Positions 32,466 through 41,696 of a stretch of DNA of 64,000 nucleotides are shown in pieces. The stretch is from a virus. The DNA lies in the IMG/VR virus record IMGVR_UViG_3300044770_000015. One strand, 5' to 3'. The position numbers and the translations under genes were made by a program. Below the pieces are notes generated by a model. The model had not been told where the DNA came from. It did no database searches and saw nothing but the letters and a program-made list of their open reading frames with translations. Each line of letters starts with the position of its first letter. Positions within the stretch are counted from its first letter, which is position 1.

Positions 32466-33263
32466 CTAGCCGATGCGATGACCTTCGTAGTGCATCACCA
32501 CTTCGTCGGCCGGGATCAAGAACGTACTCCCCTTAACGAGATTGGCCACAAGACATCTGACGGTCGAGTCCGCCGAACTCAAGTTCCCATCTCTCGTCCA
32601 GAGGTGCTCCATTCGACAGCCGCGATCGCGCAATGCTTGGGCCATCATCCCAATTGGGACTGTCTTCATGTAGATGTAGGAAGGAGAGCTCCCCTTCATC
32701 ACCAGAGTAGAGGTTGGGAGGAGCTTGAACTTCCCGCCGGGGGCCAGATCGCGTAACGGCATCTCCTTCTCGTCGCGATCCCTGGGGTGTTTGCCGCCGT
32801 AGCCACGAGCGATGTCCTCGTAGGTCGGGAACTGATACTGAGCCACTTCACGAGGCTCGATATCGCTGTGATGGATCTCGATCGATTCCACCTCGCCAGA
32901 TACCTCGCGCTTCTGTGACGAAGGTCCGAGACGCCACTTGCTGAGAGTGAGATACACCCGCTTGCCAATGAGCCAACTGAGAGGGGTGATCTCCTCGTCA
33001 CCAGACAGATGCCGCTGCCGAATAGTTAGATCGCCATCTCGAAGCGGCAACTGATCAGAGTAGTTGCGCCAGCGGAGGCCGCGCTTCATTGCCTCCTGGC
33101 GGAGCCAGAAGTAGCCGTCCGACCGCTGTTCCCGATTCGGGACTTGGTAGTGGGATTGACGATCCTTCTCGCACCAGTTGATAGCGTTGATCAGGTGTTC
33201 GTCCGTCATACGGCTAACAGGGATCTCTCTACCACCGCTCGCCTTCCATACGTAGATCGTCAT
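32466..33263 (-). CDS. hypothetical protein
   Basis: I place the start at ATG 33263 (MTIYVWKASGG...), preceded by GGAG. The track's TTG at 33296 would lie only about 8 nt from the predicted transcription start. Confidence 0.6.
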   Translation of the reverse strand: MTIYVWKASGGREIPVSRMTDEHLINAINWCEKDRQSHYQVPNREQRSDGYFWLRQEAMKRGLRWRNYSDQLPLRDGDLTIRQRHLSGDEEITPLSWLIGKRVYLTLSKWRLGPSSQKREVSGEVESIEIHHSDIEPREVAQYQFPTYEDIARGYGGKHPRDRDEKEMPLRDLAPGGKFKLLPTSTLVMKGSSPSYIYMKTVPIGMMAQALRDRGCRMEHLWTRDGNLSSADSTVRCLVANLVKGSTFLIPADEVVMHYEGHRIG

Positions 33264-33308
33264 GTAGTTCTCCGTTCCGTTTCCAGTTGGCTGCAATTCG
33301 CAGTATCC

Positions 33309-33341
33309 CTATTATATAGAACCCCCTAGAGGGTAAGCAAG
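33309..33341 (-). promoter_or_regulatory. class I promoter
   Basis: Minus strand: CATCATAAGCCA-CTTGC-TTACCCTCTAGGGGGT-TCTATATAATAG-GGATA. Confidence 0.65.
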
Positions 33342-33345
33342 TGGC

Positions 33346-33606
33346 TTATGATGTTACGGGCCCCGTGAGATACGATCCTATCTTAGCCTGCAGGGCAACA
33401 AAGTCGCGGAGGTCCATATCCAGGACCTCATCGTACGTAGGGTTCTTCCCGTCGATCTTCACTCCGAGTGTAATCAGTATAACAACTATGTCCTTGTCCT
33501 TGTCCGACTTCATCTCCGCTTGGGCTGCCAGGAGATCACGAGCCTTTAGCACACGTATGTGTGCAAAGGCACCAGACGGAAGAACAATCTCGCTGTCCGG
33601 ACTCAT
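33346..33606 (-). CDS. hypothetical protein
   Basis: 86-aa ORF, ATGA-coupled. Confidence 0.55.
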   Translation of the reverse strand: MSPDSEIVLPSGAFAHIRVLKARDLLAAQAEMKSDKDKDIVVILITLGVKIDGKNPTYDEVLDMDLRDFVALQAKIGSYLTGPVTS

Positions 33607-33794
33607 AGGACACCAGGAGGTGGGGGCTTTAGTGGGTCCCGCCCTTGAAGATGATCGGTCACAACTTTAGCCCACCTCATAAAGGCTCCCATCGTCCTAA
33701 CGGTATGGTGGACAACAACTACGTTGTACACAGCTAGGACTACAACAGCTGTCCACAACCAGAAAATATGGTCAAATGCTGGTTCAGGAACCAT
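33603..33794 (-). CDS. small membrane protein
   Basis: I place the start at ATG 33794 (MVPEPAFDHIFWLWTAVVVLAVYNVVVV...). One transmembrane segment. Confidence 0.45.
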   Translation of the reverse strand: MVPEPAFDHIFWLWTAVVVLAVYNVVVVHHTVRTMGAFMRWAKVVTDHLQGRDPLKPPPPGVL

Positions 33795-34623
33795 GTGACC
33801 TCCCAAAGAGTGCCATCGTTCGGGGGAAGTCCAGCTCGAGCACAGAGCAAACAGATTCGGCATACAACCGGATCTCCTTCTGGGCCTGAAGAGCTGTCCG
33901 GAGCTCGAGGAACTGTAGCCAGTTGCGTAAGTTCGCGGAGGCCCTCATCACAGAGAACCTCCCAACGGTAACTGGCAAACGGGCGAGCTCCTTAGGAATC
34001 CCTAGTTGGAGGGCCTCCTCGTAGAGGCGCTGTCCCCTCTCGTAGTAGCTGTCTAGATCGTGTAGCCACTGCAGAGTCTCCCCTTCAGTAACAACACGAT
34101 CCGAAGCCGAGCGAGCCTGCTTGTTCTTGGAGTCATAGGCGGCCTGGGATCTCTCCATGACATCCTTCCGATCTGGCACATAGTTCTCGTTCGGCAAAGG
34201 AATGTAGCGAGCGGACATCTCGTTGTAGCTCTGCGTCCGATGGCGATGCCACTCCCGAAACACCATGATCGGCGCTTTGATCTCGAAGATCGCACCAGCC
34301 ATCTCGAATGGGGTCATGTGCTTGCGCTTGTAGAGATACGCCAACAGCTTCTCGTCCCCAGCTTCTTCCTTGACGACAAACAGGAAATCGTCACTGTTGT
34401 CACACTGCTTACACGACTTCTGGTTTTGGTCGTATAGAGACCACGACTCGTCGGGGTTCTTCCGCCACAAGCACAAGCACAGAGTACATCTCCATCGTGG
34501 ACCCCATCCCTGAAAGCCCTTCTGGGTCGACATCCGAGCAGCCTCGATGATTACCTCGTCCGAGCCCCAAGTCTCGATGAGCCGAACGTACCCGTGATCA
34601 AGCACTCTGATAGAATCGTCCAT
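33784..34623 (-). CDS. thyX: flavin-dependent thymidylate synthase ThyX with Cys-rich insertion
   Basis: ThyX signature RHRTQSYNEMSARY, plus TPFEM...FEIKAPIMVFREW. I prefer the ATG start at 34623 (MDDSIRVLDHGYV). Confidence 0.85.
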   Translation of the reverse strand: MDDSIRVLDHGYVRLIETWGSDEVIIEAARMSTQKGFQGWGPRWRCTLCLCLWRKNPDESWSLYDQNQKSCKQCDNSDDFLFVVKEEAGDEKLLAYLYKRKHMTPFEMAGAIFEIKAPIMVFREWHRHRTQSYNEMSARYIPLPNENYVPDRKDVMERSQAAYDSKNKQARSASDRVVTEGETLQWLHDLDSYYERGQRLYEEALQLGIPKELARLPVTVGRFSVMRASANLRNWLQFLELRTALQAQKEIRLYAESVCSVLELDFPRTMALFGRSHGS

Positions 34624-34900
34624 TGCGCCTCCCGTATCGACTCTGGTTCGCGGCACGCCTCCAGTACTTCTGGTGACTCCTCCAAGGATGAGGTTTCTCC
34701 TCGAGGACTCTCTTCACCTGCAGAACTGCCTCTTCGGCAGTAATAACAGGCTTCTTCCCCAAGGTAGGAATGAATGCTTGGATACCCTTGAAGAAGGCCT
34801 CCAGTGGAGCCTGACGGTACATCGCGTCACGGGCCTCCTGGAACTTCTTCCGCTGAGCAATATCCACTATCCTTGGTAGCTTCTTTGGTCTCGCTCTCAT
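34598..34900 (-). CDS. hypothetical basic protein
   Basis: I place the start at ATG 34900, preceded by AAGGAGAG. Confidence 0.5.
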   Translation of the reverse strand: MRARPKKLPRIVDIAQRKKFQEARDAMYRQAPLEAFFKGIQAFIPTLGKKPVITAEEAVLQVKRVLEEKPHPWRSHQKYWRRAANQSRYGRRNGRFYQSA

Positions 34901-35033
34901 CCCACTCTCCTTGCTATAGTTACCCAGTACTCCAGTCGCCTCCGAAGGATCGGGGCACACCTAATAATGCGTCCGTTCTCAACGACGAACCCAGCACACA
35001 AGTACCGCGTCGTAACGCGATACAACCCGTCGA

Positions 35034-37364
35034 CTAGATTTCGCATGCTCCTGAAACGCAGGCGAACTCCTTAGATCCCTCGGTGTTGTCTTCCTTCTCG
35101 TATGTCACGATCCGGCTGTAATCCACCCCCTCGAACTTCTTGCACATCTCTGTGTACCGAGCTTCGTCGATTGCTTCATAGGGCGCGAGCTGGTAGACAT
35201 GGTCTTCTCTGGGTAGAAAGCTCAATCCTCCGACGATCTCCCAGTTCTGCCACACCCAGTGGCCAACATCGACCCACTCGTTCTCGCCTACGGAGATAGT
35301 AACGGAGGGGTTATGCTCAGTATAATACTTCTTGACCTTCTTCCAGTACTCAAGCTGATCCAATGCATTGAGCGTACCATTGTAGACCTTGTCGTGATCC
35401 TCAGGCGACTTTACCGGAAACTCGAACACGAATGTCGAAGCCGAATCAAAAGTCTGTCCAACATCTGGGAAGAAGGGGAGACCCTGATCCTTGAGCATAC
35501 GGAACAAGGGATCAGAGGAGGAAATACGAACTCGCCGAATGTAGTAAGGAGCGTAGCGGGGATGCATCCCAGGAGCGGCATCAACTAGTTGAGACACAGT
35601 GCCAGAGGGCTTGACGCATGTAACCGCAGTCGAAGGGTTAATACCGAACTTCTTGGCAAACTCGATGTTGGTCTCAACAATGGCTTCACGTAGACCCTCT
35701 AGTACGCTAGAGTTTCGTACGACTTCGCAATCCCACTGGCCGGTGAGCGAGACTCCTAGCAGACGCTCCCTCTCACAGTTCTCCTTCCACTCCTCGGAGA
35801 GGTAGGGGTAATTGGTGAGCATCGACTGGTAAGTCCCGAGGATAGTAGCTATACGAGCCTTTCGGAGGAGCGACGCAAAATCATCGTCTGCACGGCATAC
35901 TACCTCGGTTAGATTGCAGAACTGCTTCGAGAGGAGATTGATCTCACCGCAGGGATTCGTTCCGATTTGGGAAAGAACCGCCGCGTTGTTGGCATGGGCA
36001 TACTGAAGCCAGTTTGCTCTCCGCCGCTGAGGAATTTGATCGAAGAGGCCACCACGATTGAAGATTCCCCTCTCCCCTGACCTACTTTCGACTAACGCCA
36101 TCCACTCCCGAAGAAACTCCCCGGCAGAGGGCTTAGAGAGATAGACGGCAGAGTTGTTGGCTAACTGACGTTGGTTGTTGGAGATGAAGAAGTGGCCTTG
36201 CTTGGCCAACTTCATGTCCGTATCGTCTAAGTCGCTAAGGGAAATAAGTGCCGAGCGCCGGACGCCACCAGCAACAATGCAGTCACCGATCTTACAAATG
36301 ATGTCGTGGACGTCAAGATTGGTGAGCCGTCGACCTTCGCGATTCAGGATCTTGGAACGAACAAACTGCAACAGATCCATAAGGGGCTTAGGTCCGGAGC
36401 TCCGACCACCCATCGTCCTAAGACGAGCCCCCTCGGGGCGCAACAGGGAATAGTCGAAGTGAACATCATCACCGCCGTACCAAGTACGCATTCCTATTGA
36501 GAGGGCTGTTGCCCAGCCCTCTTTGCTGTCCTCGATCTTGTAGAGCAGAATCCGCTCCAACTTCTGGAACTCTACCATCGGTAACTGTTGTACACTCCGG
36601 CTTTCAACGGAGAAGCCAACACCAGTTCCGCAGGCGAGAACGTAGAGGATCTCAGCAAAGTCCTGGAAACACGTCGGAGCAATGAAGGCACAGTTGAAAG
36701 CGCTGACATTGGTCTTCTCAGCAGCGACTCCAGCAGACCACATAAGACGCATGGAGGGCATCACCTCCATACGAAGGATAGCCTGGAAAATCTCGTCGTA
36801 CTCGTTGTCACTCAGCGTCCCACCAATCTCAGAACGCATGAAGGCCATGTAGCGCTCGACGGTCTCGATCCAGGTCTCACGACGACTCTTCTGCTCGATC
36901 CATCGGCTGTACGTCCGATAGTAGACGAACTCCGCTAAGGGATTACGGAAGTACTTCCGACTACTTTCGACGAGACTCCGGACTTCCGGAGAGATCTCAG
37001 TCTCTACTGCTCGCAGTCTAGCTCGCTCGTCGCGGTACAAAATAAAGTGCTTGGCAGTTGCCGTGAAGCCTTGGAGCATTAGCTCCCTCTCGATGGCATC
37101 CTGGATGGCCTCAACTTCCGGTACACTCACCGCCTTCATCAGAGTAGCGGCTCGTTGGAACTGCGATTGAACGTTCCGGGCGACAAACGTCGAATCGTTG
37201 TCAGGATCCGGAGCTTCCACAGCTGAGTACATCGCCTTGCAGATAGCGGTCTCGATCTTGTGGAAATCGTAGGGGACTAAAGTTCCATCCCGCTTTCGAA
37301 CCTGCTCGATCTTGCGGAAGCCTTGAATACTGTCAAAGCCAGATTCCTTCAGGTTGGCATTCAT
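35034..37364 (-). CDS. nrdJ: ribonucleotide reductase, class II (B12-dependent) type with ATP-cone
   Basis: 776 aa. N-terminal ATP-cone (VRKRDGTLVPYDFHKIETAI). Active-site TNPCGEINL...FCNLTEV. Confidence 0.8.
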   Translation of the reverse strand: MNANLKESGFDSIQGFRKIEQVRKRDGTLVPYDFHKIETAICKAMYSAVEAPDPDNDSTFVARNVQSQFQRAATLMKAVSVPEVEAIQDAIERELMLQGFTATAKHFILYRDERARLRAVETEISPEVRSLVESSRKYFRNPLAEFVYYRTYSRWIEQKSRRETWIETVERYMAFMRSEIGGTLSDNEYDEIFQAILRMEVMPSMRLMWSAGVAAEKTNVSAFNCAFIAPTCFQDFAEILYVLACGTGVGFSVESRSVQQLPMVEFQKLERILLYKIEDSKEGWATALSIGMRTWYGGDDVHFDYSLLRPEGARLRTMGGRSSGPKPLMDLLQFVRSKILNREGRRLTNLDVHDIICKIGDCIVAGGVRRSALISLSDLDDTDMKLAKQGHFFISNNQRQLANNSAVYLSKPSAGEFLREWMALVESRSGERGIFNRGGLFDQIPQRRRANWLQYAHANNAAVLSQIGTNPCGEINLLSKQFCNLTEVVCRADDDFASLLRKARIATILGTYQSMLTNYPYLSEEWKENCERERLLGVSLTGQWDCEVVRNSSVLEGLREAIVETNIEFAKKFGINPSTAVTCVKPSGTVSQLVDAAPGMHPRYAPYYIRRVRISSSDPLFRMLKDQGLPFFPDVGQTFDSASTFVFEFPVKSPEDHDKVYNGTLNALDQLEYWKKVKKYYTEHNPSVTISVGENEWVDVGHWVWQNWEIVGGLSFLPREDHVYQLAPYEAIDEARYTEMCKKFEGVDYSRIVTYEKEDNTEGSKEFACVSGACEI

Positions 37365-37477
37365 TTGATGATGACCTCTCTGATGGCACGAACCAGATCG
37401 AGGGTCGTCTCGATCGAACCGTCGATATAGTCCTGGAGGAGCTGCTTGATCGCTGCTACCTTCTCTGCGTCGGTCAT
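37361..37477 (-). CDS. 38-aa micro-protein
   Basis: Below the ORF track's size cutoff. My translation is MTDAEKVAAIKQLLQDYIDGSIETTLDLVRAIREVIIK. It overlaps both neighbours as ATGA, with AAGGAGAAGG upstream. Confidence 0.5.
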   Translation of the reverse strand: MTDAEKVAAIKQLLQDYIDGSIETTLDLVRAIREVIIK

Positions 37478-37872
37478 GCCTTCTCCTTGGCTAACTTGTA
37501 GGGTTCGCGTGGTGGGCGAGATGGATTCGTCGCCAGCTTGGGTTTGTAGTACTCGGTACTGTGCTGCCTCTTAGTCGGAGGTACTCCGCCAATCTGGACA
37601 GGTTCTACTGCAGGAGTCCACCACCGAGCCTCAGCACCGCAGAGTCCTCGAGATCCCCGAACGATCGATGCGAGACGAGGGTATATGCCGTCAGACATTA
37701 CAACTCGAGCATCCCGGTGTAAGCAGAAGACAAGAAGCTCTGTTACCCCACTCCTGACCTCTTGGAAGTTAGGAGGAAGATTCCAGCTACAGTCACACTC
37801 GGAGCAACTCCGACCCTTTCGAGTCGGAGTCGGAGTCGAAGTCGAATGCATAATCACGTTGGCTCTGTCCAT
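37474..37872 (-). CDS. hypothetical Cys-containing protein
   Basis: 132-aa ORF with CSECDC. No clear SD. Confidence 0.5.
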   Translation of the reverse strand: MDRANVIMHSTSTPTPTRKGRSCSECDCSWNLPPNFQEVRSGVTELLVFCLHRDARVVMSDGIYPRLASIVRGSRGLCGAEARWWTPAVEPVQIGGVPPTKRQHSTEYYKPKLATNPSRPPREPYKLAKEKA

Positions 37873-37982
37873 AGAAGTTAGGAGGGCCCCCAGCCGCCGC
37901 TACCGACGAGTGTGACGAACGCTTGGCCTAAGGCCGTCACAGCGACTCCGTAGCTCATTCCGCGTAGGGGGCCCATTGAGAG

Positions 37983-38417
37983 TTACCCAGCCACACCAGG
38001 TGACTGAGCGATCGGTACGATCTTGAGGGTGAAAATCTCCGAGGTCTTGCAGTAGTTCGGGTACTCCGCACCGAAATACGTCTTGACCTTGTCGCGATCG
38101 ATGTCCGTTCGGGTCGATTTGGAGTAGTGCGCCTCGAAGAGTCTTCCTGGCGTCACGGTCTCTTCGCCTGCTTGAGCCGGTACAGGAAGCTTCTGCTTCA
38201 GAACCCCTCTTGCCCCTTCGACCCATTTCTCGAGGGCCTTCAGATGGTCATCAACCATCCGGACTTGGTCAATAAGATCCCCCAAGGGAACATCGCCGAA
38301 CTTCCAGCCGAGCTTGATGAGGTGTGGGACGAGCAGAACAGAGGCGGGATCGGCTCCGGGTGCTACGACTGCGAACACATGGACTGGCGAGCCTACAGGA
38401 ACAGCGGGCTTGCTCAT
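37983..38417 (-). CDS. hypothetical protein
   Basis: I place the start at ATG 38417 (MSKPAVPV...), preceded by AAGGAG. First gene after promoter 38444-38476. Confidence 0.6.
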   Translation of the reverse strand: MSKPAVPVGSPVHVFAVVAPGADPASVLLVPHLIKLGWKFGDVPLGDLIDQVRMVDDHLKALEKWVEGARGVLKQKLPVPAQAGEETVTPGRLFEAHYSKSTRTDIDRDKVKTYFGAEYPNYCKTSEIFTLKIVPIAQSPGVAG

Positions 38418-38443
38418 GGTGAACTCCTTTCTCAAGCCTGATT

Positions 38444-38476
38444 CAATTATACAGGCAAACTAAATGGGTCATCAAG
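38444..38476 (-). promoter_or_regulatory. class I promoter
   Basis: Minus strand: CCATCATTTGACA-CTTGA-TGACCCATTTAGTTTG-CCTGTATAATTG. Confidence 0.6.
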
Positions 38477-38497
38477 TGTCAAATGATGGTCGCCCGA

Positions 38498-38809
38498 CTA
38501 GAACGCTTTCCCATGCTTGTATGGCCTCGACTCATTGTACGTAGCCTTTGCGACCAACGCTTCCTCGAGACGAAGGCCGTAGTGATACACGTAGTCGAGG
38601 ATGCGGATGACAGCATCCGCCAGTTCTACGGTTTCCTGTGTGAACTCGGGGCAATGCTTGTCAGGACCCGGCTTGCGTACCCCTTCGAGGCACTCGGAGA
38701 GCTCGGAGTGCATCAGTGCGATCTTCTCAGCCTTGTTTGCCTGTCCATCCCAGAAGCCATGATCGCAGGCAGTCTGGTGGACGCGCTTGGAAAATTCATA
38801 GATGTCCAT
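38498..38809 (-). CDS. mazG: MazG-like nucleoside triphosphate pyrophosphohydrolase
   Basis: 103 aa. EKIALMHSELSECLEGVR...ELADAVIRILDY...NESRPYKHGKAF is typical of phage MazG. AGGAGAAG lies before the ATG. Confidence 0.75.
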   Translation of the reverse strand: MDIYEFSKRVHQTACDHGFWDGQANKAEKIALMHSELSECLEGVRKPGPDKHCPEFTQETVELADAVIRILDYVYHYGLRLEEALVAKATYNESRPYKHGKAF

Positions 38810-38829
38810 ATTACTTCTCCTATAGTCAA

Positions 38830-39021
38830 CTAGCGCGGTACAATAATAACGGGTTTGTGCTCACCACAGACCCACTCGGGCATTGTAGGCGGAAAGCCAC
38901 CTTGGGCTGCGGGCTTCCCCTCCGGGGTGCGCATTATCACAAGTGTCGGCGGAAAACGGATACAAACCATACCCTTTGGATCCGTACGTAGGAACCCACA
39001 CGTAGTACATGTCTCTTTCAC
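38830..39021 (-). CDS. small Cys-containing protein
   Basis: 63 aa with CTTCG...C...C. GTGA coupling. Confidence 0.5.
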   Translation of the reverse strand: MKETCTTCGFLRTDPKGMVCIRFPPTLVIMRTPEGKPAAQGGFPPTMPEWVCGEHKPVIIVPR

Positions 39022-39785
39022 TTCGCCCCCTTGTTAGGTAACATACGGTCGATACTCTTCGTGCCCGTTCCTACAGTAGGATCAGGAGGCGGCAACTCAG
39101 GTAGCGTAAAGCGGAACATCTCAGAACCTCGGGCGACGTAAACGTACCGATCCCGGGGCATATTCGCCAAACAGAGCTCGTCTCCGCGGCATATCTCCGC
39201 CGGGACCCATAAGTGCAAACCTTCTTGGGCTCCCCCTCTTGCGGACCGCAGCGAGAGCGCAGCTTCGTGTTCGCTCCATCGCTGGTGCCACATCACTCGC
39301 TGCTCGTTCGCCTCCGCCAACTCCCGCTCAAGTTGCTCGATGCGGTCGGCTGCTTCGTCGCCCATCTTGTTGATGAGCATCACGATTCCGTCAAGCAAAG
39401 GTTGGTTAGGGGTTGGGCTGCATTTCTTCCGCAGCCGTGCCACCAGCCCTTCGCCGTCCTTCTCTCCGGGCGCAGCGGGGACAGGCAGGCGCTCACCTTT
39501 GCCGACGCCTTTAATGTTCAGTGAGCCTTCCTCGGCCCGTCCTGCCTGCCCCGCTGCATTGTTCTGTCCCTCCGGCTGCGCGAGGAGAGCCTCTTTAGCT
39601 ATGCGGTACATGGCGTCGCGTTCGGACTCCGGCCAGTTGCGAAAGACGCCATGCTCATCCTTGCCGTCGATGCCGCATTCCTTGATCCAAAGAATATGGC
39701 GCAACGCATCCTCCACCCGCAGCAGCCTGCGCTCGGGGGATTCGCTGTTGGAGGACTCGCGCGAAGGTTTCATGGGCGATTGCAT
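39018..39785 (-). CDS. hypothetical protein (GC-rich island)
   Basis: I prefer the ATG start at 39785 (MQSPMKPS...). Contains a coiled-coil, EAADRIEQLERELAEANEQ. Start uncertain; the track gives 39851. Confidence 0.5.
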   Translation of the reverse strand: MQSPMKPSRESSNSESPERRLLRVEDALRHILWIKECGIDGKDEHGVFRNWPESERDAMYRIAKEALLAQPEGQNNAAGQAGRAEEGSLNIKGVGKGERLPVPAAPGEKDGEGLVARLRKKCSPTPNQPLLDGIVMLINKMGDEAADRIEQLERELAEANEQRVMWHQRWSEHEAALSLRSARGGAQEGLHLWVPAEICRGDELCLANMPRDRYVYVARGSEMFRFTLPELPPPDPTVGTGTKSIDRMLPNKGAK

Positions 39786-39962
39786 AGGTGATCTCCGTGC
39801 AGGTAGCGGACTTCTTGGCCGAGCGTACTGTCGGTCACGGTCGCCGGACATTCACGCCACCAGCGACCGTCTGCCGTGCGGTATCGAGATTCACCTGTTC
39901 CCATGCCAGGCTTGGTTTCCACCACGCGGAGGCAACTGCCGTATCCTGGTCCTGGTGCCACG

Positions 39963-40160
39963 TCAGCCTCCTTCGCGCGAGTTGCCAGACTGCGAAGGCG
40001 CAGGTAACAAACTGATTGAGCCATCTTCAGATACAATGAACTTATCCGTTTGTTTCTCAGCCCACTCAAATACTTTGTCCATTGGCAAAGTTCTTGCGGG
40101 CCGTCCACTATGTTTGGCATCATAGAGATTAGCCAAGTCATTCCAAGTAAGAGCTTTCAT
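39963..40160 (-). CDS. hypothetical protein (GC-rich island)
   Basis: 65-aa ORF, ATGA-coupled. Confidence 0.5.
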   Translation of the reverse strand: MKALTWNDLANLYDAKHSGRPARTLPMDKVFEWAEKQTDKFIVSEDGSISLLPAPSQSGNSREGG

Positions 40161-40783
40161 GCGCTTTCCTTTGGCAAAGGTGCGACGGCGAGCATGGCGC
40201 GGTAGATGCCGACGATAAAGCCCTCAGCAAGTGTTCCGCCTGCCGCCTTCACTCCTGCGATCTGTTGCTCGGCGGTGGGGAAATCCCGCACCAGCTTCCA
40301 CCCCTCCGGCACCTTCGCCGTACCGCTGGGCGCGGTCTCCGAGAGGGACGCTTCGATGGCCTCCTTCGCAATTTCATGGAGCGCGTGGCACATTTCGCAC
40401 TCGTCCGGCTGGTGCTGGCTGATTGGGTAGTGAGCGTCGATCATGGCCGCAGTCAGCCCATGCGCAGCGTGGTGCGCGGCCTTGCTCCGCTGTGTCGCAG
40501 GCTGCGGCGCTTCCGGCAGGGTGGCGGCGTAGGCGCGGATCGTCGCCATGCACTCGCGGATTGCTTCGTCGCGGTCAGGCTCCCCGCCGTCAAGTTCGCC
40601 GCACAGCCACGCGCACTTCTCTGCCACCGCCCGAGCGTTCGCGGGGGCAGACCGCAGCGCATGCAGTTCAATGGCAAGCGCACCGATTAAGGTTGCTGGG
40701 TCGTATGCTGTACCGTTCACCAACACGCCGATCATGGTTGGCGTGCGATATATCTCCACTACCTTACCACGCAGATTACCCAT
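40157..40783 (-). CDS. hypothetical protein (GC-rich island)
   Basis: 208 aa. The C-terminal VPEGWKLVRDFPTAEQQIAGVKAA...YRAMLAVAP is a motif common in phage hypothetical proteins. Confidence 0.6.
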   Translation of the reverse strand: MGNLRGKVVEIYRTPTMIGVLVNGTAYDPATLIGALAIELHALRSAPANARAVAEKCAWLCGELDGGEPDRDEAIRECMATIRAYAATLPEAPQPATQRSKAAHHAAHGLTAAMIDAHYPISQHQPDECEMCHALHEIAKEAIEASLSETAPSGTAKVPEGWKLVRDFPTAEQQIAGVKAAGGTLAEGFIVGIYRAMLAVAPLPKESA

Positions 40784-41207
40784 GGTTTCCCTCTATGATT
40801 ACATGTCCATCGGGACCTACACGCATGTCAAGAATCTCCTGCGGTGTGAAAGGTACATCTCGATAGAACTCCCTTGTAGAGTTAACCCTATCGACATCTG
40901 CCTGAGCGTCGGCCCGTTTGTTCAACTTCTGCTGCTTCCGCCTCCAGGCTCTAGCTTCATACTCGTACAAGGCCATTGTAAGCCAGTAGATAGCGTTCTC
41001 GGACTCTTCGCATGGTCCTAGAGCATTGAGGTACTCCGTCCTATCGATCAATACTCGGATGAGTTCCTGAGTGTTGATACCAGACCACTCGAGTGGATGA
41101 GACACCATATCCGACGATCGACGGATGAACCGAACAAGCAGATATCCAGAGTGCTCAAGATACGGCACCCTATAAAGGTGTCCTGGAACGAGAATCTTGG
41201 TGCGCAT
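40776..41207 (-). CDS. hypothetical protein
   Basis: 143-aa ORF. Confidence 0.6.
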   Translation of the reverse strand: MRTKILVPGHLYRVPYLEHSGYLLVRFIRRSSDMVSHPLEWSGINTQELIRVLIDRTEYLNALGPCEESENAIYWLTMALYEYEARAWRRKQQKLNKRADAQADVDRVNSTREFYRDVPFTPQEILDMRVGPDGHVIIEGNHG

Positions 41208-41209
41208 TA

Positions 41210-41470
41210 CTAGTACCTCTCGAAGCTATCCAGTAGATCAAGAATCTCTTGGTCAGTAAGCTTACCTGACTTATACAAAGTCACGGTTAGACTTGCCAGA
41301 AACCTGGTTGCGTCGTCCAATTTGTACCTCAGACCCTCCAGTTCACCTGACTCCTCGAAACCAGGACCATCAATGGTGCGCTCGACGGCATCTTCTATCG
41401 AGACCTTCTTAGGAGGCGTACTATAGTCCCACCGGAACTTAAGGATAAGAGGATCTCGCTGTGAGCTCAC
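41210..41470 (-). CDS. hypothetical acidic protein
   Basis: 86 aa. GTG start with GGAGGA upstream. Confidence 0.55.
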   Translation of the reverse strand: MSSQRDPLILKFRWDYSTPPKKVSIEDAVERTIDGPGFEESGELEGLRYKLDDATRFLASLTVTLYKSGKLTDQEILDLLDSFERY

Positions 41471-41520
41471 ATATCCTCCATTACGTCCTCACGAGTCCAC
41501 CTCATTTCGGCGTGGTCCTC

Positions 41521-41685
41521 CTACTTGACCAGATAGCGTTTGTGACCACTCCTAAATACTGTACCGGGTTCGACGATAGTTCCTAGTGTTCCGGCTTTAA
41601 TGTTCGTCATGGAGAACTTCAGGTGCCGTACTCGGTTACCGACAGCAAACCTGTTGTGATCGACTGGACCAGCGTAAGCTGACAT
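41521..41685 (-). CDS. possible 54-aa protein
   Basis: Below the ORF track's size cutoff. My translation is MSAYAGPVDHNRFAVGNRVRHLKFSMTNIKAGTLGTIVEPGTVFRSGHKRYLVK. It fills an otherwise empty 226-nt gap. No clear SD. Confidence 0.35.
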   Translation of the reverse strand: MSAYAGPVDHNRFAVGNRVRHLKFSMTNIKAGTLGTIVEPGTVFRSGHKRYLVK

Positions 41686-41696
41686 ATTACAAACGA

